Positions 1 through 11,647 of a stretch of DNA of 64,000 nt are shown here, piece by piece (position 1 is the stretch's first letter; every line of letters starts with the position of its first letter). A program made the position numbers and the translations under genes. The stretch spans positions 2,666,001 through 2,730,000 of the forward strand of contig OZ287068.1 in NCBI GenBank assembly GCA_965645245.1, given 5' to 3'. The stretch comes from Massalongia carnosa (Eukaryota). Below the pieces are notes generated by a model that worked only from the letters and a program-made list of their open reading frames with translations, was not told the DNA's origin and searched no databases.

Positions 1-660
1 TAATGCACCTCATCGCTGAATCGTACAGAAAACCAGTCTTCATCATCAGGATATCTTTCTTTCATGACGATAGCCCATTCAAAACGACGTTTAGCCGTCG
101 ATTCGCTGACCCAGCCCTTTCTACATGCAATGCATTTCTGATAATTCATCGTACCCATAACTCTCTGAATTGTACGACCACTGCACTCCAGTCCCACCTC
201 GTAGCCCAATTGAACCTACGTTAACCCGAGAGCCTCCATGCCTTCTGTCTCCAAAATACGCTCCATCTCTCGTATGTGTCTCGGGGTCACAATTGAATGA
301 CGTCCACGTGTTTCAGGAACGTCGGCATTGTGTCTAGTACGACTGAAATTTTCTGTTGTCAACATTTTCCAGCCAGTTTGTTTTGAAGTGGCGAAAACAC
401 GAAAAAGATCTTCTTTGAAATAAGGAATCTTCATCGCATCGCAAAACTCCACTGCACCCTGAATTTTGGCCCGTGTGGGGGTAGGATGATGGGTCTGAGC
501 CTCATGCGACTCCAAAACAGGTGTGGTAGCTTTATTCATGGCTAAATGATGGTGTATAAAATGTGGTGGTTGAAAAGGGGTTAAAATTTGATGGTTTGGT
601 GGGGTCAGAATTTGTGAGTAAAATTTTTTTTGTCACCCGCGTGGGGGCTTAGCTGACTTG
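1..660 (-). mobile_element. Tc1/mariner (IS630-Tc1) DNA transposon, partial; transposase interrupted by a premature stop; runs off the window start
   Basis: The ORF at 539..216 continues in frame past TAG(218-216) as VQLGYEVGLECSGRTIQRVMGTMNYQKCIACRKGWVSESTAKRRFEWAIVMKERYPDDEDWFSVRFSDEVH, containing a Tc1 HTH and the first catalytic W..V.FSDE motif. A putative terminus TA|CAAGTCAGCTAAGCCCCC at 662-643 is inferred; the other TIR is outside the window. Confidence 0.85.
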
Positions 661-1627
661 TAGAGCAACGCAAAGTACAGAGTACGAAGTACTCCGTAGA
701 GCTTTGTCTTTCTGTTGACTCATTCCAGCAGTGCTAAAGTTGGAGGAATTGTGCTGAAACCCTCCCTCGATGTTACATATACGATATGTCCTTTCATCTA
801 AATCTGTGGCCGAGTCATGTAGTTATCAGGCGTGCTATCACGGAGTCATGTTTGATGAGTACCTAGTACGGATGCGACCCGGCCTTAAACACAGGACCGC
901 TGGAGCCCACTTGGGAGAATCTTTACTGATCCCATACCCCCAGCTCACTCACCAGTTGCCATAACCACCCATAAATTCTTTGAAGTTCCAGATGGCTTTT
1001 GCATGGAAGGCTTCAGGCCTAACGTATGCTGTGGTGTATCAACCTTCGACCAAGCTAATCATTCTTAGCTTCAACCGATACCTTGCCATCACCGCCCGAG
1101 TAGTCCGACGCTCCCTCAAAGAACAACCACGGTTACAAGCAGAGAGAAGAGGGGAAATGGAATTGAGGTTTGCGAAATGGACAGTTAGTCTATGCGCTCA
1201 AACGGTAACACACGGAGAATAAATTAACTAAATTTGTGTAGAATGGCAAGCAAGGCGAGAATAAAAGTCTAGCGGCTGCGAATGCCGCGGCGATGGCGGA
1301 GGGAGCTGGTCAAGCCCAGCAATGAAGCGTCTTTACTGCCTTCAGTGATTTAAAGGCAACTTTAGCTATAGTCTAGAGGGGCTGTATATATTGGGGGATG
1401 TCGGTGTGGAAACATGGGGGTATAAGAAGTAGGCATAGTTAGCGCTTGCACTTAGACTTGTGTACCAGCTTTCATGAATGGCACTCCGCTTTTATGGACC
1501 TAAAAACTACTCACATTCTTCGAAAGTCCAAATGGATGCCATCAATAATATAAGTTATGTAGAAGAAGGTAATAAGCTAGAGTTCTCCCTCATTCAACAG
1601 CTTCATCTAAACTACCAACCCGCCGTC

Positions 1628-4474
1628 ATGACAGCAACATCCCACCCTCATATTGTGGAGGAGCAACAAAATGCGGACACTATCAAATTTACAGGCCGAA
1701 AAGAAGAATCCCATCGAGTGCTGAACAAGGACGCGTTAGCTCTAGACATTACAAGCAGGTTCAGGTCTGCGGCATCCGGTTTGAGTTTATTTCCTTCTCC
1801 ATTGACTACATCAGGACTGATTATGTGATAGCATTGCAAACGGGTCGGCTTGTTAAGGATGCATTTTTCACTCTATTTGAGGCTGTGGGAGCGCTGGAGG
1901 TATTTATTAAATCTCGCGCTGGACATATTACAGTACCGGTGGGAATATCTGATGACTGAGGGAACTCCGTAGATCATGGACCCAAAAATGGATAGCGGAT
2001 ACCTAGCACCAGGGGAGAGCCTCGACGATGAATACAATATACCCAAGGATCTTCTGCCTGAAGAGGTTCTTGGGGTCATGGACCAGTTGATGTGTTTCGA
2101 GGTGGAATATACTCCGCATATTCTGGAACCACTCTGATGCTGATTACAGGTCTAGTAGATGGCATGGCACATGGGTTACCCACTCTCCCAGTCTCTTTTC
2201 ACATCGTCTTATATCGACAGTTTATTGTGGCCCAAACCAAGGACGCTGGAGGAAGCGCGTTTTGATCGGGATGTAGAGCCCAGGCAGAAAAAAGGGCTTT
2301 TACATTTGGTGCTACGCGCATATTGCCTTGCCTTGATAAAGTCCTGTGGCTCAGTGCTAGGCGTAATATGCAGAGAGAATTTCTATGAAGTTAGTATATC
2401 AAATGTTTCAACTTCTTATCGAAAACGTATTAACGCAACCAGGAGGAAGACTTTGTGAGCAACTTATATCATCGAGATCTCCTATCCAGCTTCGAAGTCA
2501 CCGAGATTGGCAGCCTTCTGGATGCTGCTATTTCGTACGTAGATCATGAGATAACCTTGAGCACCGGGGAGCTTCAAGTTGCATTTTCCGTTCGGCTTGA
2601 GTTACGCAGAGCACTCCTCACAGCGGTGAACCCAGACTCTGATTTATCAGCACATGACCAAGCTCAGCTCTGGGATCAATGCTTAAACCTACTTCCGTTG
2701 ATGCTCAAGACGAAACCCCTAGGCGCTACAGTTGATATCTCATCCAATGCCAAAATACAACGAAGACTTGCAAGCAGCATACCCCCAAGACCCATTGTGA
2801 AAATATGTTTTGACGACGCATATGAATATCTTCGCCAACTGTGTCAAAACGGAAAAGAAGTTTACCAAATCTTAGAACACCCTAGTGGTAACAACTGCAT
2901 AGTTCGTCACTAGAAGTTTGATTCTTTTTGTAGGATTTAGCTGATAATCTTAGACTTTTGTGCTGACCTTCCAATCCCGTGTGCCGCAGCCTTGCGTCTA
3001 CACTCGTTGTTTATTACAATCATTAATAGCCGGTGAAGCAAAATCAGAAGACACAAATTCATTCAAACAATTCATTTTCGATGACCTGGGGGAAATCGTG
3101 CTCCCAGCAAATTTGCTGATCGACCCGGCAAATGACCTTGTTGAAGCTCCCAACGATCCAAGATTTCAAATCGCCCGGAAACTAGAGGATTTTGTAGCAC
3201 GAGGCGGAGAGGTAGATTGGTTTCTTTCAAAATGAAGTGCCTTCGCTAATCGCTGCAAGTTTTATCTAGACGTGTTTCGAGCACTCTGCATGAATCGATC
3301 TCGAATGCGGCGTATGCTTTGCCATCTTATCCTAGATTGGGATGGCTTGCAGCTTGATGTAAGTAATCTCTCCACTCCTAAGAGGAATTGTGTTCTGACA
3401 AATTACTAGGCTGAAGTACTTGACATTGAACTCAGGCTTCATACAAAGGAAGAACCTCTCGGACGGAAATCCACTGAGGAAGAGCTCTGGTCTTTTCCTT
3501 TATCTTCATGGGCATACTATCATAAGTTACAGCAAATAGAGTGGATCGTTCAACTTGGATTCGAGCTGGATATATACCGGCTAGATGAGCTGGCGGGCAT
3601 GTACTGGTAATAATATGCCTCCTGTCAAAATTCTTCTATCCAATTCCCATGGCTGATACCCTTCACCTTTAGGTATCTGCAGTACCTTGCAAGTACACGC
3701 CTTCAGCACCTTGAGAGAATTCAAATGTTTACCATCCGTGCGCTAGCTAGAATTTCGAAACCAACCCCTAAACAAGCTGCTGCCTTCAGCAAGTCCTTCT
3801 CATTTCTAGATTTTGCTATGCTTGAAGCCTCAGCCGTCCAATCATTCGCTAATGGCCTCTCATTCGTAAGCCTCACCAGGGAAATCTCATAAAATCAATC
3901 AAGAAACAAGAGTTCAGTAGATAACAACTGCTAAAAATTCTCGTTCTAGCTTTATTCCTCCCTTACTCACCTTAGTCTCCTCCCCAGCTCAGATCAGCCT
4001 TATCCTTACAGCAATCCCTCTCTCCGCTATGCACTTCGCATGCGGCCCTTTCTTCCTCTTTCCCTGCCGGAAGTGCCCTCCTACCCCGAGTTCGCTGCTC
4101 GTGTTTCGCTCCGCAGCTCAGAGACGACTGACAGCCCGGATCTCCACCAATCTTCAAACGACGTGAAAGAGCAAGCATTGTCGATTCTGGACGCTGCGGA
4201 TCAGACCATGAAAGCGGCTCGCAGGGAGTGGGAGGCAGTTAGCAAAACCGACGCTAAGACGGCGCGATGTTTGGGATGCGAGGAGTGGTGGAAGAGCTCG
4301 GTTAGGGATGTGGTCAGGGCGTGCATTGCGGGGAACGTTGCGGTGGCGACGGCCAAGCGAGGCATGGCGGCACTGAAGGGGCGAGATGTCCCGGACGCGC
4401 TGAAGGTGGAGCTACCGGAGAAGGCGAAGCGGTATCACGCTTGGTGGGTGGTACCGAGCATTCAGGTCAAGTAA
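1628..4474 (+). CDS. MAK10: N-terminal acetyltransferase C (NatC) auxiliary subunit Mak10/Naa35, multi-exon
   Basis: Spliced reading gives DITSRFRSAAS/ALQTGRLVKDAFFTLFEAVGALE/IMDPKMDSGY...VMDQLMCFE/MAWHMGYPLSQSLFTSSY, the Mak10 signature, and C-terminal YHAWWVVP. GT-AG introns with branch points (e.g. 1779-1830). Confidence 0.93.
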
Positions 4475-6938
4475 AATACCTTGGGCCCCTTACGAATATA
4501 CAGATAAGGACTGTGCGGAGGGAGCACGCAAATTGTAAATAGGTAAGGCACTGTAGGTTAGCCAACGACGGTTAGAATAAATAACGCATGTGCTAATCTC
4601 ATGGAAGCGTTTTCCATCTTCAGCCATCGTCACCGCTCCAATGCAGCGTCAGCCCGTAACTACAACCATTCGCCGTCTACGGCTCAGCCAATTCAGCACA
4701 TGCGTTGAAGCTTTTATGATCCATCTTAACCTCTTGAGAGTCCGCAATCTTAGGTTCAGTAATACATCAGTCCCTAACCTCACCAAACTATCATCCCAAT
4801 ACGAAACTTCGCTATGTTGAAGAGAGGGATAGACTGGTTGGTGTGCGTCGATGAGTCTACGGTACTGTCTATAGGCTATTATGTAGAACGAACAAAAAAT
4901 CAAGCCATCAAGTCATCGTGTACGAGTTGACTACATACGAACTGGCTGGTCAGCTGGTTGCGAACGAAGCGAACGTATGTGCAGAAATTCAGATGCCGAA
5001 ATGTTCAAGAGGTAGGCAAGTGGCACTCACTATATGCTGCCTGTTCAGGGGTTAGTCATGTGACTGGTGAGTAATCGGTGCTCAGCAGCAGCACTAGTCC
5101 TCGTTGAATCATGCAATTCACATAGTCATCACAACTGTCATTTGATCGTTTGGTGAAGGATCGCTTCACCTCTTCACATAGTTTCTCTCGACAAATAGCT
5201 GTCGACCCCTGATACCTACTCCTATTCTTCAGACCGTTCATTTAGCAGGCCTCCTACTCAGTTCATCTACTCTTTCGTTGATCCGCAGCACTCGTACTCC
5301 TCGCTATCGAGTCATTCAGTTCTTCAGTCAATCAAATCAGATCTTCAGCAATCATGCTTACTACAGCCCTATCGTTAGCATATAATAAATGACCAGTCAA
5401 CAAAAAATCCATGCATCAGAAATGTAAGATAAAGAACGAACGATGGCTTCGAAGGACTCCAGAATCGGCAGACCTAAAACTCAGAAACAAGCGAAACAAG
5501 CGACAGAGTTCTCCTTAGGATTATCGTTGAAACCTCACTCAACAGGCCCGGTCTGCCGAATCGTTGTCAGCTAAGCCCGATATGTGCTAATCCTCGCAGC
5601 AGCAGCTGTTAACGCTGTCATATGTAGATGACTAAACGATGAACACCTGAACTTATCAGTTGACGGTAGCGTGATAACTAATTGATCGGCGGCGGAGGCG
5701 AAAGACAAAAAAATTATGAGTATTAGCAGGGCAGCGACAGCAGGGTTGGTAAGTGCTCGGTGTAATCGTGAATGGATGTTCTGATTATTTTGCTTGTCAC
5801 GTAACGACTCGAATGCTCGTCAGAACTCTAACACGTAAACGTACCAGTAGCTGCCAAGCCATGCCCGAAGAGGCCCATCAATTTTGTGATTGGGCGGAGG
5901 TTGTCCCGGGTGACAGCACTTTCCAATGAAAGAAGCAGCGGTCTGAGGAATAACAAAATGAACAAATGGATGATGTTACACGAAAACGGCCCACATGGCA
6001 ACGGTCATGCTGAACGTCAGATCGGTGGTTCAGCCATAATTCTGGTGAATAGGTATGTGTAGAAATGCCTGTCTACTCGGTAGTAATGGGCGGAGTTCCT
6101 GTCCCCAGCACGAAACAGTTTAAATAAACTGATGTAAACAGTCCCTGATCCTTGATGCGATAGTCGGCAGCAGAAGTCGGAACCGAAGATCATGGATGAT
6201 GATGGCGGTAATGCACTTATAACTGAACTGCTCGAAGTCCTTTTCATACTAAACGCCCTGGAAACGGTACTCATCTCCCTGCTGCAACTTCGTGTTGCTG
6301 CCATGGCACTTCAAAAAGGCCTATCGAGCGGCCCTCGTGTCCTCTGCTTTCTGCAGTCTATTCAGACGATAGCCCAGAAAGTAAAACTTATGCCCAGTTC
6401 CCAGTAAACAAGCAGATAGATAAATACATAAGCGGTCGGGTGATTGGTTAGAAGGTTCTGACTACACTCATAAAGCCCCGCTCAGCAGCTATAAAACAGC
6501 CGTAAATGTCGGTAGAAACGAGCTTGGCTTAGGTAAAGCAGATCAGTTCAGTGAACAGTTGATAGTCAGTCCTGCTGACTGATGACGAACGGTTCTGCTG
6601 ATGATGGCAAAGTAACAATCTCAGTTGAAGAAAGATAAAGAGGATGGTCATGTGACTTTTCGGTGGTCGGTGCGCAAGTCACTAGCAGCACCAAGTTAAG
6701 TCCTCGCCATCGCATCCTGTTATCTGACCTGAAGGAACACTTCACCCATCCCAAACATCTACATCTATCTTGCGAAGTGCGAACCGGAAGGATCAAGCCC
6801 TAAACTGGACTGTGGCGTGGGGCCTGCAGCATCCATACGACGATGTAGGAAGGTGATGAGCCCGGAATCGAAAGCTAGTTAACGTTACGGCACAAAGCGA
6901 CAAAAGAAAAAGGGGGTGGCAATCACGTCACAACATCT

Positions 6939-7033
6939 GTACTCAGTACTTTGTACCCAGTACTTTGTACTCAGTACTCTGTACCCAGTACTCTGTACTT
7001 TGTACTCTGTACTCTGTACTCTGTACTCTGTAC
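6939..7033. repeat. Heptamer tandem repeat (GTACTCT and variants GTACTCA/GTACTTT/GTACCCA), about 13 units
   Basis: Directly visible: gtactcagtactttgtacccagtactttgtactcagtactctgtacccagtactctg... Confidence 0.95.
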
Positions 7034-7616
7034 AACCGTTGACATTACCTCGGCCCAGCACTCAGTCCTAACTCCCTCAAACACCTTCCAATTTTGGTGG
7101 CCGGCCAATAATAGCCTTGCATCTAGGAAGCATTCTTCACATTCTTCGCTATATCCTTGAATTACTTTATGATCACAATCGTCGTCAACGTCCGTTCATG
7201 CATCATCATGAGGCTATTGAGTCATGCCGGCCAGATATGATGGAATAAATAACCACCAAATGCGATGATTGGGCTCGTTGAGTCGCTTCGGCAATTTCCA
7301 AATTAGACATCTATTAACGGGAAGTCATGCATCTGGACCGTGAATCCTGATGGTCTTGCCTCATGCGCTCCGACGCCCGGGTTCCTGCAAGGTATGCCAT
7401 AATTATGATCTACGGACACCAAGCGTTTCTTGTCGGGGCTAAGAACGTTTGTGGTGATGGGGAAGGGTGAAGATCACTGTATGCTTCAATATCACTGTGG
7501 GGGCTTCAACGGCACTGTAGCGGCGGCAATCTCTATATATTGTTCTCTACCCCTTCTCTACATTTTACAATCACTTTCTTTTCGTCTTTCCCCAGAGCTT
7601 AAGGGTCTTATTCATC

Positions 7617-8697
7617 ATGTCTTTCACATTCTCAAATTTCGTTGCCACTGCCCTCACATTCTTTGTTCATTGCATTGCTGCAAACCCACTTTTACTGAAA
7701 AACAGAGGTTTGTGCTGTATGGGGTGATAGTGAGATCCGGTTGGCTAATTTCATTGGCAGCCATCGACTCGAACATCTTAGCCAATCTCAACTTCTTCGA
7801 GCAGTTTGCCGCTGCAGCGTATTGCGAAGGGAACAACAACGTTCCTGCAGGTGGTCCAAAACTGACGTGCAGCTCTGGTAATTGCCCCCTGGTCGAAACC
7901 AATGATGTGACTACTGTGTATGAGTTTCAAAAGTAAGCCTTGAGTAACCACCTATATGAGAAAGCTCTCTCTCTCTCGATCCTGCAAGAACCACTAACCA
8001 ACTGATGTAACATTCTTTCAGCTCTCTGGTTACCGACGTCACTGGATATATTGCCGTCGACCGCACTCGCGATCTAACGATCCTTGCCTTCCGCGGCTCA
8101 CACTCTGTTCGCAATTGGCTTGCCAATGTCAACTTCGTCGAGGTCCCCACCGACATCTGCACTGGCTGCAATGCTCATCAAGGCTTCTGGGATTCTTGGG
8201 TTGAATCCCGTAATGGAGTTATGGCCGCTCTCACCAAGACAGCCGCGCAGCATCCGTCTTCCAAAGTGGTGGTCGTGGGTCACAGCCTTGGCGGCGCCAT
8301 TGCTACGATTGCGGCGGCTGAGATCCGGAAACATGGCATAGAAGCAGACTTGTACACTTACGGGGCTCCCCGCATTGCAGGGGCAGCATTGAGCGACTTT
8401 ATCACAAATCAAAAGCTCGGCGGCAATTTTCGCGTCACGCACGATGATGACCCAGTGCCAAGGTTGCCGCCTTTGTTTCTGGGGTTTCGGCATGTCAGTC
8501 CGGAGTATTGGATCACGTCTGGGAATCACGTGGCTCCAACAGCGAATGATATCACGGAGCTGAATGGAAACGTCAATCTCAACGGAAACTCGGGCAAGAT
8601 CGCACTGGATGTCAATGCTCACCTGTGGTATTTTGGCGATATCAGTGCATGTAGCCCGAACGGCGGGATTGAAATCAAGAGAAGTGTGTCCTCGTAG
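7617..8697 (+). CDS. Secreted triacylglycerol lipase, class 3 (Thermomyces/Rhizomucor type), 3 exons
   Basis: Signal peptide [41 protein letters not shown] lid region; HQGFW; nucleophile elbow [33 protein letters not shown] catalytic His. Confidence 0.93.
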
Positions 8698-8994
8698 CCC
8701 GCTCCGTCGCCATCACCATACCCTTCTCCATTCTCTACAGCTCCTCACCCAGCATGCGAAGGCATTGGACATTGAGCAGCAAAACTTTTATCATGGTGTT
8801 TGTTTACGTTTGGGATGCATTTTAATTGGCGTTGAACTTTCAAGGATGCTTCGAACACTGTTTGTGTTCCTAAACTGCTGCTGGAAGTAATTTTCGTTTC
8901 GATGATATTTTTATCTTGATGTACGTAGTTATCGTAGTCACTTTTAGTTTTCCAACAAGACCTGAGTTTAGAAAGCGACGTACAGAGCACGAAG

Positions 8995-9035
8995 TATCCC
9001 TCTCGCTGTCATTCTAGCACCCCCCCCCAAGCTAA
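8995..9035. repeat. Terminal inverted repeat of the piggyBac-family element (left, including the outer TA)
   Basis: 41/41 inverted match to 11125-11165. Confidence 0.95.
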
Positions 9036-11163
9036 ACCATTGTTGGTTAGAAAGCGCTAAACCTTAAACTTTTGACCAATCAATATTATTCCTATTCACA
9101 AGAAGTTGTACGGAGTATCAGATACCTATTTACTCGTCCCCTATCATATGAATAGCTTCCCAACAGCTGGCTTTCTTACAGCAGGGCCTGATTGGATTAC
9201 ATCCTCCACAAGCCCATATAGTCTGAGCACCCCTTCGCCTTCTTTTACGCCCATCGACACTTATTTCAGCCAGTGGCTCTCCCTTCCGCTTTGAAGGTCG
9301 TTTTTTCTCGGCGTTACATTGCACACATCTTTTTCTGCCTTCAAGACGAACGTAATGATGAATGGGAGATGGTACTAAAGCATCAATCGTGGTATTGATG
9401 CTTATCTTTGATGAGCCGGGCCTGATGCCCGCTTGATTTGATATCAGTTCAAGAGCAATCCGACGAAGAAATTCAGAACGAGTAAATTTTATCTCCTCGG
9501 AATCGAAAGAGTTCAGCGAGTAAAGTTTATAGGCATTCAATCCGGCTGCATCTAAAATAAAAATGAACAAAGGCCACCAGTAACGATCCGTTCGACGATT
9601 GTATGAGTAAATCGCTCGTTGCTGAGCGTTTCCATCCGATCCCCCCATATGAAGATTATATTCTTTGATTGGGGCTGGTATCGGTAATCCTAAGGGCCGT
9701 TGAACCTCTTGATTGAGCAAGGGAATGGAGTGAGCCAGAGTTGATGGGAAATACGATACAATAGGTTGAAGAGAGGTCTCGGGAATTCCATATCTCTTGT
9801 GCGGATTTATATAGTGCATTTCGTACAAGTCCTGAGGAGAATGACCGGTGGTCATGTACTGCACACCATTATTATCCACCCAGCCCATACAAAGCACCTT
9901 ATCGTCGACCACCATATGGGCCTGAAGACCCCAGTCTTTTCCTTTTGAAGTGACGTCCCGTATGGCCAACAATTCTTCTGGAAAGCCCGAGCCCTTTTTA
10001 GCAGTTCCACTGGCAGCTATTCCGATTGATCGAAGTGCCTTGAATAATTTCGTACTAGTAAAGAAATTATCACAGAAAAGATGATAATTCAGTGAGGATG
10101 GAAGTTCTTTACATAACTGAATCACTAGCAAAGCACTAGGAGTTAGTTTATCTTTTGGCAAAAATCCCAATTGTCTGACTGTTTTCAATTCACTTATTCT
10201 GCTACTCTTCGAGGCAAACATAAATGACAACAGATAATTATCCTGACAGAGACTGTAGATTTTAAATCCTTTATGGGCACTTTTTGTAGTAATCTGCAAG
10301 GTATGTCGAGAACGGCCCTTGAATAACACCAGCTGTTCATCTATAGATATCATACTTCCTGGTCTGCAATGTTTCAATGAAGTCTTTCGGAAATCAGTAG
10401 CCAACGGTTCCAGTTTCTTCCACCAATCAGGTCCTTGACCAAGTCCGATAGGCTCAGTCTGTCCATTATTGATTTTCAAAAATCGTTTGATTTGTTGAAA
10501 TCGACCAAGCGACATCGCGGACAGAATAGGCATGATAACTGGTTTGTCAGGACGTTGATTCCAATAATCCTCTGTAGCAGGTAGATGATCGAGTCCCATA
10601 AGAATTAATATGCCCAAAAAAACCTCAATTTCCGAGTCAGTAGTGTCAGTCCAAACCCGATGATTGTTCTCCTTCTCCTTTTCCATGTAGTTATTTGCCT
10701 TGATATTGGTATGATTTGCGATGATACGACAATGCTGCCTTGTTATAAATAACCGAAATAATCCCAAAGGATTTCGAGAATCGTTTTCAACGAGCGGAAC
10801 AAAAGGCCTGTTTTCAACCCGAATGGGGGTATATTTTGAGGAAATAGGGGGAAGGTCGATTAAAATATCCCGAACACTTCTTTTGCGATTTATTTTATGT
10901 TGCTTCGCTGAAATGGGAGATTTGTCTGATACACTCGGGATTTCTTCTTCATTGAGCGTCATACTTATAATATCAATTCCGAAGCTAGAAGAATAGTAAT
11001 TTATGTGATTTATTTTGATTGAATGACCGAATAGTATTCTTTGAAAAGTAAACAAACGCGCAAACACTCTAGAGAAAACTAATGTTCTGATGACTCATCG
11101 GTGCGGAAGCTAGTCCAATATAGATTAGCTTGGGGGGGGGTGCTAGAATGACAGCGAGAGGGA
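8997..11163 (-). mobile_element. Complete piggyBac-family DNA transposon, about 2.17 kb, with perfect terminal inverted repeats
   Basis: 8995-9035 (TATCCCTCTCGCTGTCATTCTAGCACCCCCCCCCAAGCTAA) is the exact reverse complement of 11125-11165 and encloses an intact PGBD-type transposase. Confidence 0.93.
9130..10962 (-). CDS. piggyBac-family (DDE_Tnp_1_7/PGBD) transposase, intact, 610 aa from the first ATG
   Basis: DDD triad motifs SIDEQLVLFKGRS, LFCDNFFTS and YNLHMGGSDG; MSLGRFQQIKRFL; WWPLFIFILDAAGLNAY; C-terminal Cys-rich domain (RCVQC...CGGC..CCKKASCWEAIH) with a basic NLS-like stretch. Confidence 0.93.
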   Translation of the reverse strand: MTLNEEEIPSVSDKSPISAKQHKINRKRSVRDILIDLPPISSKYTPIRVENRPFVPLVENDSRNPLGLFRLFITRQHCRIIANHTNIKANNYMEKEKENNHRVWTDTTDSEIEVFLGILILMGLDHLPATEDYWNQRPDKPVIMPILSAMSLGRFQQIKRFLKINNGQTEPIGLGQGPDWWKKLEPLATDFRKTSLKHCRPGSMISIDEQLVLFKGRSRHTLQITTKSAHKGFKIYSLCQDNYLLSFMFASKSSRISELKTVRQLGFLPKDKLTPSALLVIQLCKELPSSLNYHLFCDNFFTSTKLFKALRSIGIAASGTAKKGSGFPEELLAIRDVTSKGKDWGLQAHMVVDDKVLCMGWVDNNGVQYMTTGHSPQDLYEMHYINPHKRYGIPETSLQPIVSYFPSTLAHSIPLLNQEVQRPLGLPIPAPIKEYNLHMGGSDGNAQQRAIYSYNRRTDRYWWPLFIFILDAAGLNAYKLYSLNSFDSEEIKFTRSEFLRRIALELISNQAGIRPGSSKISINTTIDALVPSPIHHYVRLEGRKRCVQCNAEKKRPSKRKGEPLAEISVDGRKRRRRGAQTIWACGGCNPIRPCCKKASCWEAIHMIGDE

Positions 11164-11165
11164 TA
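11125..11165. repeat. Terminal inverted repeat of the piggyBac-family element (right, including the outer TA)
   Basis: 41/41 inverted match to 8995-9035. Confidence 0.95.
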
Positions 11166-11477
11166 GAGTATGACAGACAATAGCCCAAAGCCAGTGACTA
11201 GTTTAGGCATTGACAGTCACGTGCAAGTCACGCTTCGATAAATGCCAATAATAGACGTTAAGATTAACATCCACCTCCACTCGTGTAATCCAACAATTGC
11301 CCCATTCGGCATATTTCATCATTTCACTCCAGAGGTATATCCGATAAACTCATAAATTATAGGTATTTTCCGAAAAGCTTCATCTAAACCACATCGAGCG
11401 AGGTTGGTCACTCATCTTTCCATCTTCACACATTCGTTTCATTTCGTGCTGGCCGATTAAGTGACAGAATGTGGATA

Positions 11478-11504
11478 GACTGGCCTGACTGGCCTGACTG
11501 GCCT
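11478..11504. repeat. (GACTGGCCT)x3 tandem repeat upstream of the Abp2-like gene
   Basis: Directly visible. Confidence 0.85.
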
Positions 11505-11647
11505 GTGCCTTCCGCGGGGTCTGTATCCATCTATCTGGCTGCTAGTCCAGTCTCCGTGAGCCGGTCACACCGGGTGCACTGGTGTAAAAAGACCGCCAAT
11601 TTGGTCGTTTGATGCCAGGAAATCGCGACCTGATGTAATCTGGAGTC

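Noticed and set aside
6939..7033. CRISPR-like or telomeric array
   Set aside because: 7-bp units without spacers in a eukaryotic genome, and not TTAGGG-like.
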